34,022 nt of DNA. Origin: Alphaproteobacteria bacterium (GTDB lineage Bacteria > Pseudomonadota > Alphaproteobacteria > MED-G09). The translations under genes were made by a program, and so were the position numbers. How positions within the stretch are numbered: position 1 is the first letter of the stretch; every line of letters starts with the position of its first letter. Shown in pieces: positions 8,636 through 17,371 of the stretch. Location: contig JABHUT010000145.1 of NCBI GenBank assembly GCA_018658685.1, positions 1-34,022 of the forward strand. The letters run 5' to 3'. The notes beneath the pieces are model-generated. The model worked only from the letters and a program-made list of their open reading frames with translations. It did no database searches and was not told the origin of the DNA.

Positions 8636-9838
8636 TTAGAGTCCAAGAACAAATTTAGCCATTATATTTCTTTGAACTTCATCTGACCCACCATAAATAG
8701 TAGATGCTCGGTTATTCAAGTATGAAGGAAAAGCTGTTAAAGCATGATCTGGACCAATTTTTTCTACATTTGAAAATGGTTGTCTAGCTTCATTCTGTAG
8801 GGGCATGGTATAGTAACCAACTGCTTCAACTGTAAGCATATCTACTTCCTGTTTTAAATTAGATCCACTAGATTTTAATATTGATGAAGCAGGACCAGGA
8901 TGACCTCTTTCAGCAATATCAGCCATAATTCTATGCTCGGTCATCAGAAGTGCTTGAACTTTTATTTCTGTTTCAGATAATGATTTTAAAAAAGCATCGT
9001 CTTCAAGCAAACTATTGCCAGTATCTGATCTTTCAACAGATGCAATTTGTTTAATTTTATTAATATTGGATTGAATACCAGCTGCATAATTACCGCCTCT
9101 TTCAAACTCAAGTAAGTATTTTGCGACTGTCCATCCATCATTTTCTTCACCAACTACATTTTCAATCGGTACCTTTACATCATCAAAAAATGTTTGATTA
9201 ACCTCATGATCACCAGCCATTGTGATTATTGGTTTAATCTCGATACCAGGAGTATCCATATCAATAAGTAAAAATGTTATGCCTTGTTGCGGTTTACCAC
9301 TATTATCTGTTCTTACTAGACAAAAAATTCTATTTGCATGCTGAGCATGTGTTGTCCAAATCTTTGTTCCATTTACAATATAGTGATCTCCATTTTTTAC
9401 AGCCTTGCATTGTAAGGATGCCAAATCTGATCCTGAACCAGGCTCTGAATACCCTTGGCACCAGAAATCCTCACCAGATAAAATTTTAGGTAAGTATAAA
9501 TCTTTTTGTTTTTGAGTACCATATTTCATAAGAACAGGGCCAACCATTGCTAATCCCATTGCTGTTGGAGATGGTGCGCCTGCCTTGGCACATTCAGTAG
9601 AAAAAATATATCTTTGCATATCGTCCCAACCAGTACCGCCGTATTCTTTTGGCCACTTTCCACCAATCCAACCTTTTTTGTGAAGAATTTTATGCCACTT
9701 GGAAGAGTATTCAACTTCGCTAAATACGCTTGCAGTTAGCTTTCCTGCCTCTCTTAACTCACTTGTAAGTTCAGAGTCTAGAAACTTAACAACTTCTTTT
9801 CGAAAATCTTCATATTCAGGTTTGAAACTTAAATCCAT
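8636..9838 (-). CDS. Acyl-CoA dehydrogenase
   Basis: 400 aa with WPKEYGG, CQGYSEPGSGSDLASL, IVNGTKIWTT, LEFERGG and C-terminal IYGGSDEVQRNIMAK. It sits 12 nt upstream of the FAD oxidase on the same strand. Confidence 0.9.
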   Translation of the reverse strand: MDLSFKPEYEDFRKEVVKFLDSELTSELREAGKLTASVFSEVEYSSKWHKILHKKGWIGGKWPKEYGGTGWDDMQRYIFSTECAKAGAPSPTAMGLAMVGPVLMKYGTQKQKDLYLPKILSGEDFWCQGYSEPGSGSDLASLQCKAVKNGDHYIVNGTKIWTTHAQHANRIFCLVRTDNSGKPQQGITFLLIDMDTPGIEIKPIITMAGDHEVNQTFFDDVKVPIENVVGEENDGWTVAKYLLEFERGGNYAAGIQSNINKIKQIASVERSDTGNSLLEDDAFLKSLSETEIKVQALLMTEHRIMADIAERGHPGPASSILKSSGSNLKQEVDMLTVEAVGYYTMPLQNEARQPFSNVEKIGPDHALTAFPSYLNNRASTIYGGSDEVQRNIMAKFVLGL

Positions 9839-9960
9839 TTTTTACTCCACTTTGAAAAATAATACTTAACTTTAAAAGCTATATTTGCATACTATAAAAC
9901 ATACTTGATAAGTTTATAAATAGTAATTAGAAATAAATCTAATTTTTTTGGGGTGACATA

Positions 9961-11538
9961 ATGCCGTATTATGAAGATATAGTTTTTTTAAGTGACATAC
10001 CTAGGTATCATGCTACCCATAACCCTGATCAAACTGCATTTGTTTATGAAGATAAAGAGACATCTTATAAAGATTTTAATATTAGAACTGAAAAAGTTGC
10101 CAATGGATTAGTTGAGATTGGAATAGCCAATCAAGAACGTGTTGCTTTCATGGATAAGAATTCTGATTTATTTTACGAAGTAGTTTTGGGTTGTACAAAA
10201 GCAAATGCAGTTGTAGTTGGAATTAATTGGAGGCTTGCTCCGCCAGAAGTGGCTTACATTTTAAATGATAGTGGAGCAAAAGTACTTTTTGTAGGCGAAG
10301 AGTTTTTTGATTTGGCCGATAAAATATTAGAACTATCAACAAGTGTCGAAACTGTAATTTGTCTTTCGGGATCAAGAGATGGATGGTCTTCTTATCAATC
10401 TTGGATAGATCAGCAGAACGATGAGCTTTGCTCAAGACAACCGAACTTAGATGATGTTGCTATTCAAATGTATACTTCAGGTACAACCGGAAACCCTAAA
10501 GGTGTTCAATTAACTCATGGAAATTTTCATTCCTCAAGAAATCGAGAACCCCAAAAAGGAATGGAATTTGGTGAATGGAATGAAGATGATGCAAGTTTAG
10601 TAGCAATGCCAAGTTTTCATATTGGTGGTGCTGGTTGGGGAATACAAGGTCTTTATGCATGCGCAAAAAATGTTGTTTTGAAAGAATTCATACCTGAAGA
10701 TGTTTTAGAAGTAATAGGAAAATATAAAATTTCTAAGATTTTTATGGTCCCTGCAGCAATGAAAATGGTTTTAGATCATCCACATTCAAGAAAAACTGAT
10801 TACTCTAATATTAAATACATATTATATGGAGCCTCACCAATTCCTTTAGATTTACTTAAAGAAGCTATGGAAGTTTTTGAATGTGGCTTTGTTCAATTAT
10901 ACGGTATGACAGAAACTTGTGGTTCGGTAACCTATTTGCCACCAGAGGATCATTCAATAGAAGGAAACGAAAGAATGAAATCAGCTGGTAAAGCATACCC
11001 TCATTGTGAAATTTCTATTTTAGATGATGAAAGTAAAGAGCTTGCCTTAGGGGAAGTTGGTGAGATAGCGGTAAGATCAACATCAAATATGCTTGGTTAC
11101 TGGAATCTCCCAGACGAGACAGCAAAAACTTTAAAAGATGGCTGGTTAAGAACTGGTGATGCTGGTTATATGGACTCAGATGGATATGTATATGTACATG
11201 ATAGAGTTAAGGATATGATTGTTTCAGGTGGAGAAAATGTTTATCCGGCTGAGGTTGAAAGTGCAATTTTTGGTCATGAAAAAATTAGTGATGTTGCTGT
11301 AATAGGTATACCTGATGATAGATGGGGTGAGGCCGTTAAGGCCGTTGTTGTTTTAAAAGAAGGTGAAAGTGCATCTGAAGAAGAGATTATTAATTTTGCA
11401 AAAGAGAGAATTGCAGGATTTAAATCTCCCAAATCAGTTGATTTTATTTCAGAACTTCCTAGAAATCCGTCTGGAAAAATTTTAAAGAAAGAATTAAGAG
11501 CCCCTTACTGGGAAGGTCGTGAAAGACAAATTAATTAA
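9961..11538 (+). CDS. AMP-dependent acyl-CoA synthetase/ligase
   Basis: 525 aa with the AMP-binding motif YTSGTTGNPKGV, plus YGMTET, TGDAGYMDSDGYVYVHDRVKDMIVSGGENVYPAEVE and PRNPSGKILKKEL. Confidence 0.9.
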   Translation: MPYYEDIVFLSDIPRYHATHNPDQTAFVYEDKETSYKDFNIRTEKVANGLVEIGIANQERVAFMDKNSDLFYEVVLGCTKANAVVVGINWRLAPPEVAYILNDSGAKVLFVGEEFFDLADKILELSTSVETVICLSGSRDGWSSYQSWIDQQNDELCSRQPNLDDVAIQMYTSGTTGNPKGVQLTHGNFHSSRNREPQKGMEFGEWNEDDASLVAMPSFHIGGAGWGIQGLYACAKNVVLKEFIPEDVLEVIGKYKISKIFMVPAAMKMVLDHPHSRKTDYSNIKYILYGASPIPLDLLKEAMEVFECGFVQLYGMTETCGSVTYLPPEDHSIEGNERMKSAGKAYPHCEISILDDESKELALGEVGEIAVRSTSNMLGYWNLPDETAKTLKDGWLRTGDAGYMDSDGYVYVHDRVKDMIVSGGENVYPAEVESAIFGHEKISDVAVIGIPDDRWGEAVKAVVVLKEGESASEEEIINFAKERIAGFKSPKSVDFISELPRNPSGKILKKELRAPYWEGRERQIN

Positions 11539-11554
11539 TTTTGGAGCGTAATTT

Positions 11555-11968
11555 ATGAGTAATCAAAAACCAATAGCAGACAATCTTTTTACTTGGCCAT
11601 CCGATAAGCCAAAATTATTAGGTAGTCGCGACAGTGAAACAGGTAGATATTTCTTTCCTGCAAAAAGATCAAATACCCATGAGCAGGTTGAATTATCGAC
11701 AAAAGGTACATTATGGACTTGGACTGTGCAGAGATTTATGCCTAAAACACCATACATAGGAACAGAAAATCCTGAAGATTTTGAACCTTATCCTGTTGGA
11801 TATATTGAATTACCTGGACAAATTATGGTAGAGTCAAGATTATCTGGAGTTAAGGCAGAAGATTTAAAAATTGGAATGGAAATGGAGCTTTCAATAGAGC
11901 CATTTGTTAAAAATGAAGATGGAGAAGATCTAATGATGTTTTCCTTTAAACCATCTAAAGATTTATAG
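11555..11968 (+). CDS. DUF35-type OB-fold acyl-CoA-associated protein (thiolase partner)
   Basis: 137 aa. LLGSRDSETGRYFFPAKRS...GTLWTWTVQR...VGYIELPGQIMVESRL...IGMEMEL follows the DUF35_N + OB pattern. An RBS (GGAG) precedes it, and it lies 9 nt upstream of the thiolase-like gene. The protein has no Cys at all. Confidence 0.75.
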   Translation: MSNQKPIADNLFTWPSDKPKLLGSRDSETGRYFFPAKRSNTHEQVELSTKGTLWTWTVQRFMPKTPYIGTENPEDFEPYPVGYIELPGQIMVESRLSGVKAEDLKIGMEMELSIEPFVKNEDGEDLMMFSFKPSKDL

Positions 11969-11977
11969 GAGAAAATT

Positions 11978-13123
11978 ATGTCAGATGTAGCAATAATAGG
12001 AATTGGAATTCATCCCTTTGGAAGAACAGAAGGTATGACAGGTTTGCAACAGGGCGTTCATGCTGCGCGCGAAGCCTTATCAGATGCAGAAATGGAATGG
12101 GGTGATATTCAGTTTGCCTTTGGAGGATCTTCAGCAGCTGGAAATGCTGATGCAATGGTTAATGATTTAGGTCTTACTGGTATCCCATTTATGAATGTTT
12201 CAAATGGTTGTGCAACTGGTGGATCATCTCTTTTGTCTGCTTACACAACTATTAAATCAGGCCAATTTGATATTGGTATGGCGGTAGGTTTTGATAAACA
12301 TCCAAGAGGTGCTTTTAATGCTGATCCTGAAGCCTCAGGACTTGAGAGGTGGTATGGAGAAACTGGATTGATGTTAACAACTCAATTTTTTGGGATGAAA
12401 ATTCAACGCTATATGCATGATTATGGTATTACTTCTGATTCTCTAGCTATTGTTGCTGAAAAAGCATTTAATAATGCATCCTTAAATCCAAATGCTTGGA
12501 GACGTGATCCAGTATCAAAAGATACCATTCTAAATGCTATGATGGTTTCTGATCCATTAACAAAATATATGTTTTGTTCTCCTGGAGAAGGTGCGGTTGC
12601 TCTAATAATGTGTAGAGCTGATATTGCTCATAAGTTCACAAGTAAGCCTTTGTTTTTAAAAGGAGCAGCCTTTAGGTCAAGGCCACTAGGTTCTTTTGAG
12701 GTTTTTAGTCCTTCTTTAGAAATTGAAAGAGGCCCAAGCCCTACTGTGGGGGCATCTGAGGCAACATTTGAAATGGCAGGTATGACTCGTGAAGATATAG
12801 ATATTGCTCAACTTCAAGACACGGAATCTGGTGCAGAGATAATGCATATGGCTGAAAATGGATTTTGTAAAGATGGTGATCAAGAAAAACTTCTTCAAGA
12901 TGGAGACACAAAACTTAATGGAAAATTACCAGTAAATACAGATGGTGGATGTATAGCAAATGGTGAGCCTGTAGGAGCATCAGGTTTAAGGCAAGTTTAT
13001 GAGAATTGCGTTCAATTAAGAGGAGCGGCTGGCAAAAGGCAGGTTCAAGGAAATCCTAAAACAGCCTATACTCATGTTTATGGGGCTCCTGGAATATCAG
13101 CTTGTACAATTGTAACTACTTAA
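11978..13123 (+). CDS. Thiolase-like protein, SCP-x / lipid-transfer-protein type
   Basis: 381 aa. The nucleophile-Cys motif is NVSNGCATGGSSL, followed by AVGFDK. The C-terminal thiolase motif is NTDGGCIANGEPVGASGLRQ, with Glu where canonical thiolases have His in GHP. Confidence 0.85.
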   Translation: MSDVAIIGIGIHPFGRTEGMTGLQQGVHAAREALSDAEMEWGDIQFAFGGSSAAGNADAMVNDLGLTGIPFMNVSNGCATGGSSLLSAYTTIKSGQFDIGMAVGFDKHPRGAFNADPEASGLERWYGETGLMLTTQFFGMKIQRYMHDYGITSDSLAIVAEKAFNNASLNPNAWRRDPVSKDTILNAMMVSDPLTKYMFCSPGEGAVALIMCRADIAHKFTSKPLFLKGAAFRSRPLGSFEVFSPSLEIERGPSPTVGASEATFEMAGMTREDIDIAQLQDTESGAEIMHMAENGFCKDGDQEKLLQDGDTKLNGKLPVNTDGGCIANGEPVGASGLRQVYENCVQLRGAAGKRQVQGNPKTAYTHVYGAPGISACTIVTT

Positions 13124-13133
13124 GAGATTTATA

Positions 13134-14135
13134 ATGATTAATAAACAATTTACCTTAGCAGGGAGACCTGTTGGGCGTCCTATAGAAGATTCTGATTTTG
13201 AATACAAAGAATCTGAAATTGGAGAACCTAATGAGAATGAAGTTCTTCTCGAAAATCTAGTAATAGAGTTTCAACCTGCCCAAAAAGGTTGGATGGAGCA
13301 AATTTCTAATTATGTTGCACCTCTGGAAATTGGGGATGTTATGAGGTGTGGTGGAATTGCAAGAGTATTAGAAAGTAAATCTAAAAAATTCAAAAAAGGT
13401 GATATTGTTTCCGGTCAAACATGTTGGCAAACGCATCCAATTCTTGATGCTACTGAACTTGAGAAAGTAGATGATGAAAGTATGGCTACTAAATACTTGG
13501 GTGCTTTAGGAAGTACTGGGTTAACAGCATATTTCGGAGTTACAAAAATCAGTAAACCAAAACCAGGTGATACAGTTGTTATAACTGGTGCTGCAGGAGG
13601 TGTAGGATCCGTTGCAGGACAAATTTTCAAAATTGCTGGCTGCAAAGTTATAGGGATTGCTGGTGGTAAAGAAAAATGCGACATGTTGATTGATGAATTT
13701 GGATTTGATGGAGCTGTTGATTATAAGTCTGAAGATATAAATGAAGCTCTAAAAAAGTTGTGTCCAGAAGGGGCTAATGTTCTTTACGATAATGTGGGTG
13801 GAAGAATTCTTAATGATTGCTTAAATCACATTGCTATGAATGCACGAGTTGCTATTTGTGGAATTATATCTCGACACAAAACAGATAATTCAAATTTCGG
13901 ACCAGAAAATTACGCTAATTTGATTTTTAAGAGAGCTAAAATGGAAGGATTTATCGTTATTGATTTTATGTCAGAGAGCGGAGACGCAAGAAAGAAATTA
14001 AAAAAATGGATCTCTGAAGGAAAGATTAATTGCAAGGAAGATATGCAAGAAGGTTTCGAAAATGCTCCAAAAACTCTTAGACGATTATTTGAGAGTAAAA
14101 ATAAAGGCAAGCAACTTTTAAAGATAGCTGATTAA
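13134..14135 (+). CDS. NADP-dependent oxidoreductase, zinc-independent MDR (alkenal/enone reductase, YncB/CurA/LTB4-dehydrogenase-like)
   Basis: 333 aa with N-terminal FTLAGRPVGRPIEDSDFEY and nucleotide motif GAAGGVGSVAGQIFKIAGCKVIGIAGGKEKC. No zinc-ligand GHE motif. Confidence 0.85.
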   Translation: MINKQFTLAGRPVGRPIEDSDFEYKESEIGEPNENEVLLENLVIEFQPAQKGWMEQISNYVAPLEIGDVMRCGGIARVLESKSKKFKKGDIVSGQTCWQTHPILDATELEKVDDESMATKYLGALGSTGLTAYFGVTKISKPKPGDTVVITGAAGGVGSVAGQIFKIAGCKVIGIAGGKEKCDMLIDEFGFDGAVDYKSEDINEALKKLCPEGANVLYDNVGGRILNDCLNHIAMNARVAICGIISRHKTDNSNFGPENYANLIFKRAKMEGFIVIDFMSESGDARKKLKKWISEGKINCKEDMQEGFENAPKTLRRLFESKNKGKQLLKIAD

Positions 14136-14587
14136 AATTTCATAGACCCTGCTACTCCAGATCGTCCATTCAAATTTTCAATATTAAGAGTTTTTTCATT
14201 TTGGGCTGTATCCATAAATTCATAAACCTCTGTAATTTTTGAACTTTCAATTTTAAATATATGGCAATAGGTCTGATCCATAACCTCCCCATTTAAAGAT
14301 TTACCTCTAGCACTCATTAAGCCAGTTACTCTATCATCATCTGCGCACATAATTTTCCAATTCTCAGCAAATGCTACTGTATTTTGATCTAAACTTGCAA
14401 CTACCGCTGGGACTAGAATGCCGTAGACATTTTCTTTACCTTCCCAGTATCCAGAGAAAGGAGATTCACCAATGATATGAAATTTTACATTTTCATCCAT
14501 TAGTGAAATTACTGTTTCAAAATCTCCACTACTTATTGATTTATAATATGTTTCCATAATTTTTCTATTTTTATTGCTATTACTCAT
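14132..14587 (-). CDS. SnoaL-like / NTF2-fold protein (ketosteroid-isomerase-like)
   Basis: 151 aa. IMETYYKSISSGDFETVISLMDENVKFHIIGESPFSGYWEGKENV is the typical SnoaL_2-type opening. Its stop overlaps the stop of the convergent reductase gene (TTAA, 14132-14135). Confidence 0.6.
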   Translation of the reverse strand: MSNSNKNRKIMETYYKSISSGDFETVISLMDENVKFHIIGESPFSGYWEGKENVYGILVPAVVASLDQNTVAFAENWKIMCADDDRVTGLMSARGKSLNGEVMDQTYCHIFKIESSKITEVYEFMDTAQNEKTLNIENLNGRSGVAGSMKF

Positions 14588-14620
14588 AGAAACATCTCCT
14601 TATTTAGTTTATGTTCTCTT

Positions 14621-14649
14621 TTACTTTATATGAATAAAGTAAGTATAAT
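14621..14649 (+). promoter_or_regulatory. Candidate sigma-70 promoter with embedded 9-bp inverted repeat (possible operator) upstream of the ACAD operon
   Basis: -35 TTACTT (14621-14626), 17-nt spacer, perfect -10 TATAAT (14644-14649). The inverted repeat TTACTTTAT (14621-14629) / ATAAAGTAA (14634-14642) has a 4-nt spacer and spans the -35 and spacer. Confidence 0.3.
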
Positions 14650-14681
14650 TTAACTAAATGTAAAATATTTTGGAGCTAATA

Positions 14682-15827
14682 ATGAATACACCTTTTAATT
14701 TTCATCTAACGCAATTTTCTAATGAAGCGGAAATTTTAAGATATGAAGTAAGAGAATTTTTATCGGATGCGCTTAAAGATATCTCAAAAGAAACCAGAGC
14801 GGAAACTTGGTATGGTGCTGACGAAGAATTCAGCAAAAAAGTAGGTAAAAAGGGGTGGATAGGATTAAACTGGCCAAAAGAATATGGCGGAGCAGGTCGT
14901 TCAGCAATGGAGCGATATGTTATTTTAGAAGAAATGTTGACTGCGGGCGCACCTGTAGGTGCTCATTGGATTTCCGATAGGCAGTCAGGTCCTCTTATTA
15001 TTCGATATGGAACTGAGAAGCACCAAAAAGAGTTGCTTCCAGGAATCTTAAAGGGTGAGTCTTATTTTTGTATAGGAATGTCAGAACCAGACTCTGGTTC
15101 AGATTTAGCGGCTCTTAGAACTAAAGCTGAAAAAAAAGATAATATTTATATTGTTAACGGAACTAAGCTTTGGACATCTGGAGCACATCGATGTCAGTAT
15201 ATGATTGCTTGTTTTAGAACATCGCAAGAAGAAGATAGACATGGAGGTCTTAGTCAATTTATTGTCGATTTATCTCTTCCTGGAATCACTATTAGACCAA
15301 TTATTGATTTAGCTGGTCGCCATCATTTTAATGAGGTTATTTTCGAAGATGCTGAGGTACCTGCCGATATGCTTATTGGAGAAGAGGGAAATGGCTGGAA
15401 TCAAGTTACAGCGGAATTAGCTTTAGAACGTTCTGGCCCTGAGAGATATTTATCCAGCTATATACTTTTACAAGAGTTGGTTAATGAGTTTTCTATTAGA
15501 AATGATGATGAAGGCGTTACAGAAATTGGAAGGCAAATGGCTCACCTTACAACCCTAAGACAAATGTCAGTATCAGTTGCAGGTATGCTTGATGAGGGTC
15601 AAAATCCTGCTCTAGAGGCTTCAGTTGTAAAAGATCTTGGAGCAGTTTTTGAGCAAGAGCTTCCAAATATAGCTCATAGATTAATGGGTCTTGAGCCTGA
15701 TGCAAACGGATCTGACTTTCAAAGATATTTAGCAATTTTAACACAAATTTCTCCTTCTTTTTCATTAAGGGGTGGAACAAGAGAAATATTAAGAGGAATT
15801 ATTGCTAGAGGATTGGGGTTAAGATAA
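14682..15827 (+). CDS. Acyl-CoA dehydrogenase, catalytic (alpha-type) subunit of a probable heteromeric pair
   Basis: The track ORF starts at TTG 14670, but ATG 14682 sits 6 nt after GGAG and is preferred. Motifs: WPKEYGG, CIGMSEPDSGSDLAAL, IVNGTKLWTS, ELALERSG (Glu at the IVD/LCAD-type base position), and C-terminal RGGTREILRG. Confidence 0.9.
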   Translation: MNTPFNFHLTQFSNEAEILRYEVREFLSDALKDISKETRAETWYGADEEFSKKVGKKGWIGLNWPKEYGGAGRSAMERYVILEEMLTAGAPVGAHWISDRQSGPLIIRYGTEKHQKELLPGILKGESYFCIGMSEPDSGSDLAALRTKAEKKDNIYIVNGTKLWTSGAHRCQYMIACFRTSQEEDRHGGLSQFIVDLSLPGITIRPIIDLAGRHHFNEVIFEDAEVPADMLIGEEGNGWNQVTAELALERSGPERYLSSYILLQELVNEFSIRNDDEGVTEIGRQMAHLTTLRQMSVSVAGMLDEGQNPALEASVVKDLGAVFEQELPNIAHRLMGLEPDANGSDFQRYLAILTQISPSFSLRGGTREILRGIIARGLGLR

Positions 15828-16868
15828 ATGTTAAATGAGACATCGCAGTTATTATCTGATTCTGCCGAGAAAATATTTTCAGATCATGTATCAAAAGAAT
15901 GTATTGTAAATTCTGAAAAAGGAGTTTGGCCAAAAGAACTTTGGAATGAAATTGTTAATAATGGTCTTAATTTAGTTTTAGTTCCTGAGGCGCTAGGTGG
16001 TGTAGGTGGTTCATGGTTTGATGCAGGTATTCTGTTTAAGGCAATAGGAAGGTATCAGGCCCCTATCCCTCTTGCAGAAAATATTATTGCTGGACATCTT
16101 CTTGGTTTAGGAGGAATTCCATTACCCGAAGAGTCTATTGTTACGATTCTTGATGGTGATCTTTCTATTTCTGATAATAAATGTTCAGGTGTTTCTAAGA
16201 GAACACCTTTTGGTTCTAGCGCAACGCATGGGGTAGCTGTTGTAGTTGGTAAGAATTCTTCTCAAGTAATATTACTATCAATACCAAAGAATTCCATAAG
16301 TGATGATAAGAATCTAGCATTAGAGAGTAGAGCTAATATTGATTTTTCTGATGCTGAGATTATAAGCTCATCTGAAATTGATATTCCATCTGATTATATT
16401 TTAAAAATTGGAGCCTTGATGAGGTCTTGTCAGATTGCTGGAGGGTTAGAGTTTTTGTTAGATCAATCTGTTAGATATGCAAACGATAGGGTGCAGTTTG
16501 GTAGACCAATTGCTAAATTTCAAGCAATTCAACAAGAACTTGCTGTTCTTGCAACTCATGTAGCAGCTTCTGGCGTAGCAGCTGATTATGCTAGCTCATC
16601 TATGGATAATGGCTGTGAGGATCTAGCAATTGCATCTGCTAAAAGCAGGGTTGATGATGCAGTATCAATTTGCGCAAGTATAGCTCATCAAGTTCATGGA
16701 GCTATAGGCTTTACTTATGAGCATGGTTTACATTTTTCAACTAGAAGACTTTGGTCTTGGAGAGCTGAGTATGGGGCGGGAAGCTACTGGGCAAAATCTC
16801 TTGGTGAAAAGGCAGTTGCCTCTGGTGCTGAAAAGTTTTGGCCATCAATCACTTCTGGAAAAATCTAA
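15828..16868 (+). CDS. Acyl-CoA dehydrogenase family protein, degenerate (beta-type) subunit
   Basis: 346 aa. The ATG immediately follows the alpha stop (TAAATG). The C-terminal ACAD helical domain is conserved (YANDRVQFGRPIAKFQAIQQELA, HQVHGAIGFTYEHGLHFSTRRLWSWRAEYG). The middle-domain SEPxxGSD signature is absent. Confidence 0.75.
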   Translation: MLNETSQLLSDSAEKIFSDHVSKECIVNSEKGVWPKELWNEIVNNGLNLVLVPEALGGVGGSWFDAGILFKAIGRYQAPIPLAENIIAGHLLGLGGIPLPEESIVTILDGDLSISDNKCSGVSKRTPFGSSATHGVAVVVGKNSSQVILLSIPKNSISDDKNLALESRANIDFSDAEIISSSEIDIPSDYILKIGALMRSCQIAGGLEFLLDQSVRYANDRVQFGRPIAKFQAIQQELAVLATHVAASGVAADYASSSMDNGCEDLAIASAKSRVDDAVSICASIAHQVHGAIGFTYEHGLHFSTRRLWSWRAEYGAGSYWAKSLGEKAVASGAEKFWPSITSGKI

Positions 16869-16870
16869 AG

Positions 16871-17326
16871 TTGACAATAAAAGTTAAAAGTTGGCGTTAT
16901 TTTGAAGATGTTTCAGTCGGTGAAAAAAGAAAATCTGATCTTAAATTAATTACTGAAGAGGAAATAATTAATTTTGCAAAACAATATGATCCACAATGGT
17001 TTCATACTGATAAGGATGAAGCAAAAAATTCAAATTTTAAAGGAATTATTGCCAGTGGAATTCATGTAGCAGCTCTTTGGAGATTATTGGATCACGAGAT
17101 TAATAGTGATATTAATTTTGTTTGTGGAATAGGCTGGGATAATGTCAGATGGAAGAATCCTCTACGCCCAAATAGTAAAATATATGTAACATCTGAGTGT
17201 ATTTCAAAAAGTAATACATCATCAAAAGATAGAGGAGTGGCAGTATTTGATCATTCAGTAAAATATGAGGATGCTACTGATATTTTAGTTTTTAAGGGAA
17301 CTTGTTTAATTTATAAGAAGCAGTAA
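16871..17326 (+). CDS. MaoC-like (R)-specific enoyl-CoA hydratase
   Basis: The track ORF begins at TTG 16838, 31 nt inside the upstream gene. In-frame TTG 16871, 2 nt after the upstream stop, gives MTIKVKSWRYFEDVSVGE..., a typical MaoC N-terminus. The start is uncertain. The hydratase motif region is FAKQYDPQWFHTDKDEAK. Confidence 0.75.
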   Translation: MTIKVKSWRYFEDVSVGEKRKSDLKLITEEEIINFAKQYDPQWFHTDKDEAKNSNFKGIIASGIHVAALWRLLDHEINSDINFVCGIGWDNVRWKNPLRPNSKIYVTSECISKSNTSSKDRGVAVFDHSVKYEDATDILVFKGTCLIYKKQ

Positions 17327-17371
17327 AAAATTGCTTTATAATATAAGATAAATTATTAATACAAATCATTA

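Noticed and set aside
13415-13684. 89-aa minus-strand ORF
   Set aside because: It lies antisense to the Gly-rich nucleotide-binding region of the MDR reductase. The Pro/Ala-rich mirror sequence is an artefact.
16838-16870. 31-nt out-of-frame overlap of the MaoC ORF with the upstream ACAD-beta gene as a real feature
   Set aside because: The overlap depends on a TTG with no convincing RBS. An in-frame TTG 2 nt after the upstream stop gives a normal MaoC N-terminus, so this is more likely an ORF-caller extension.
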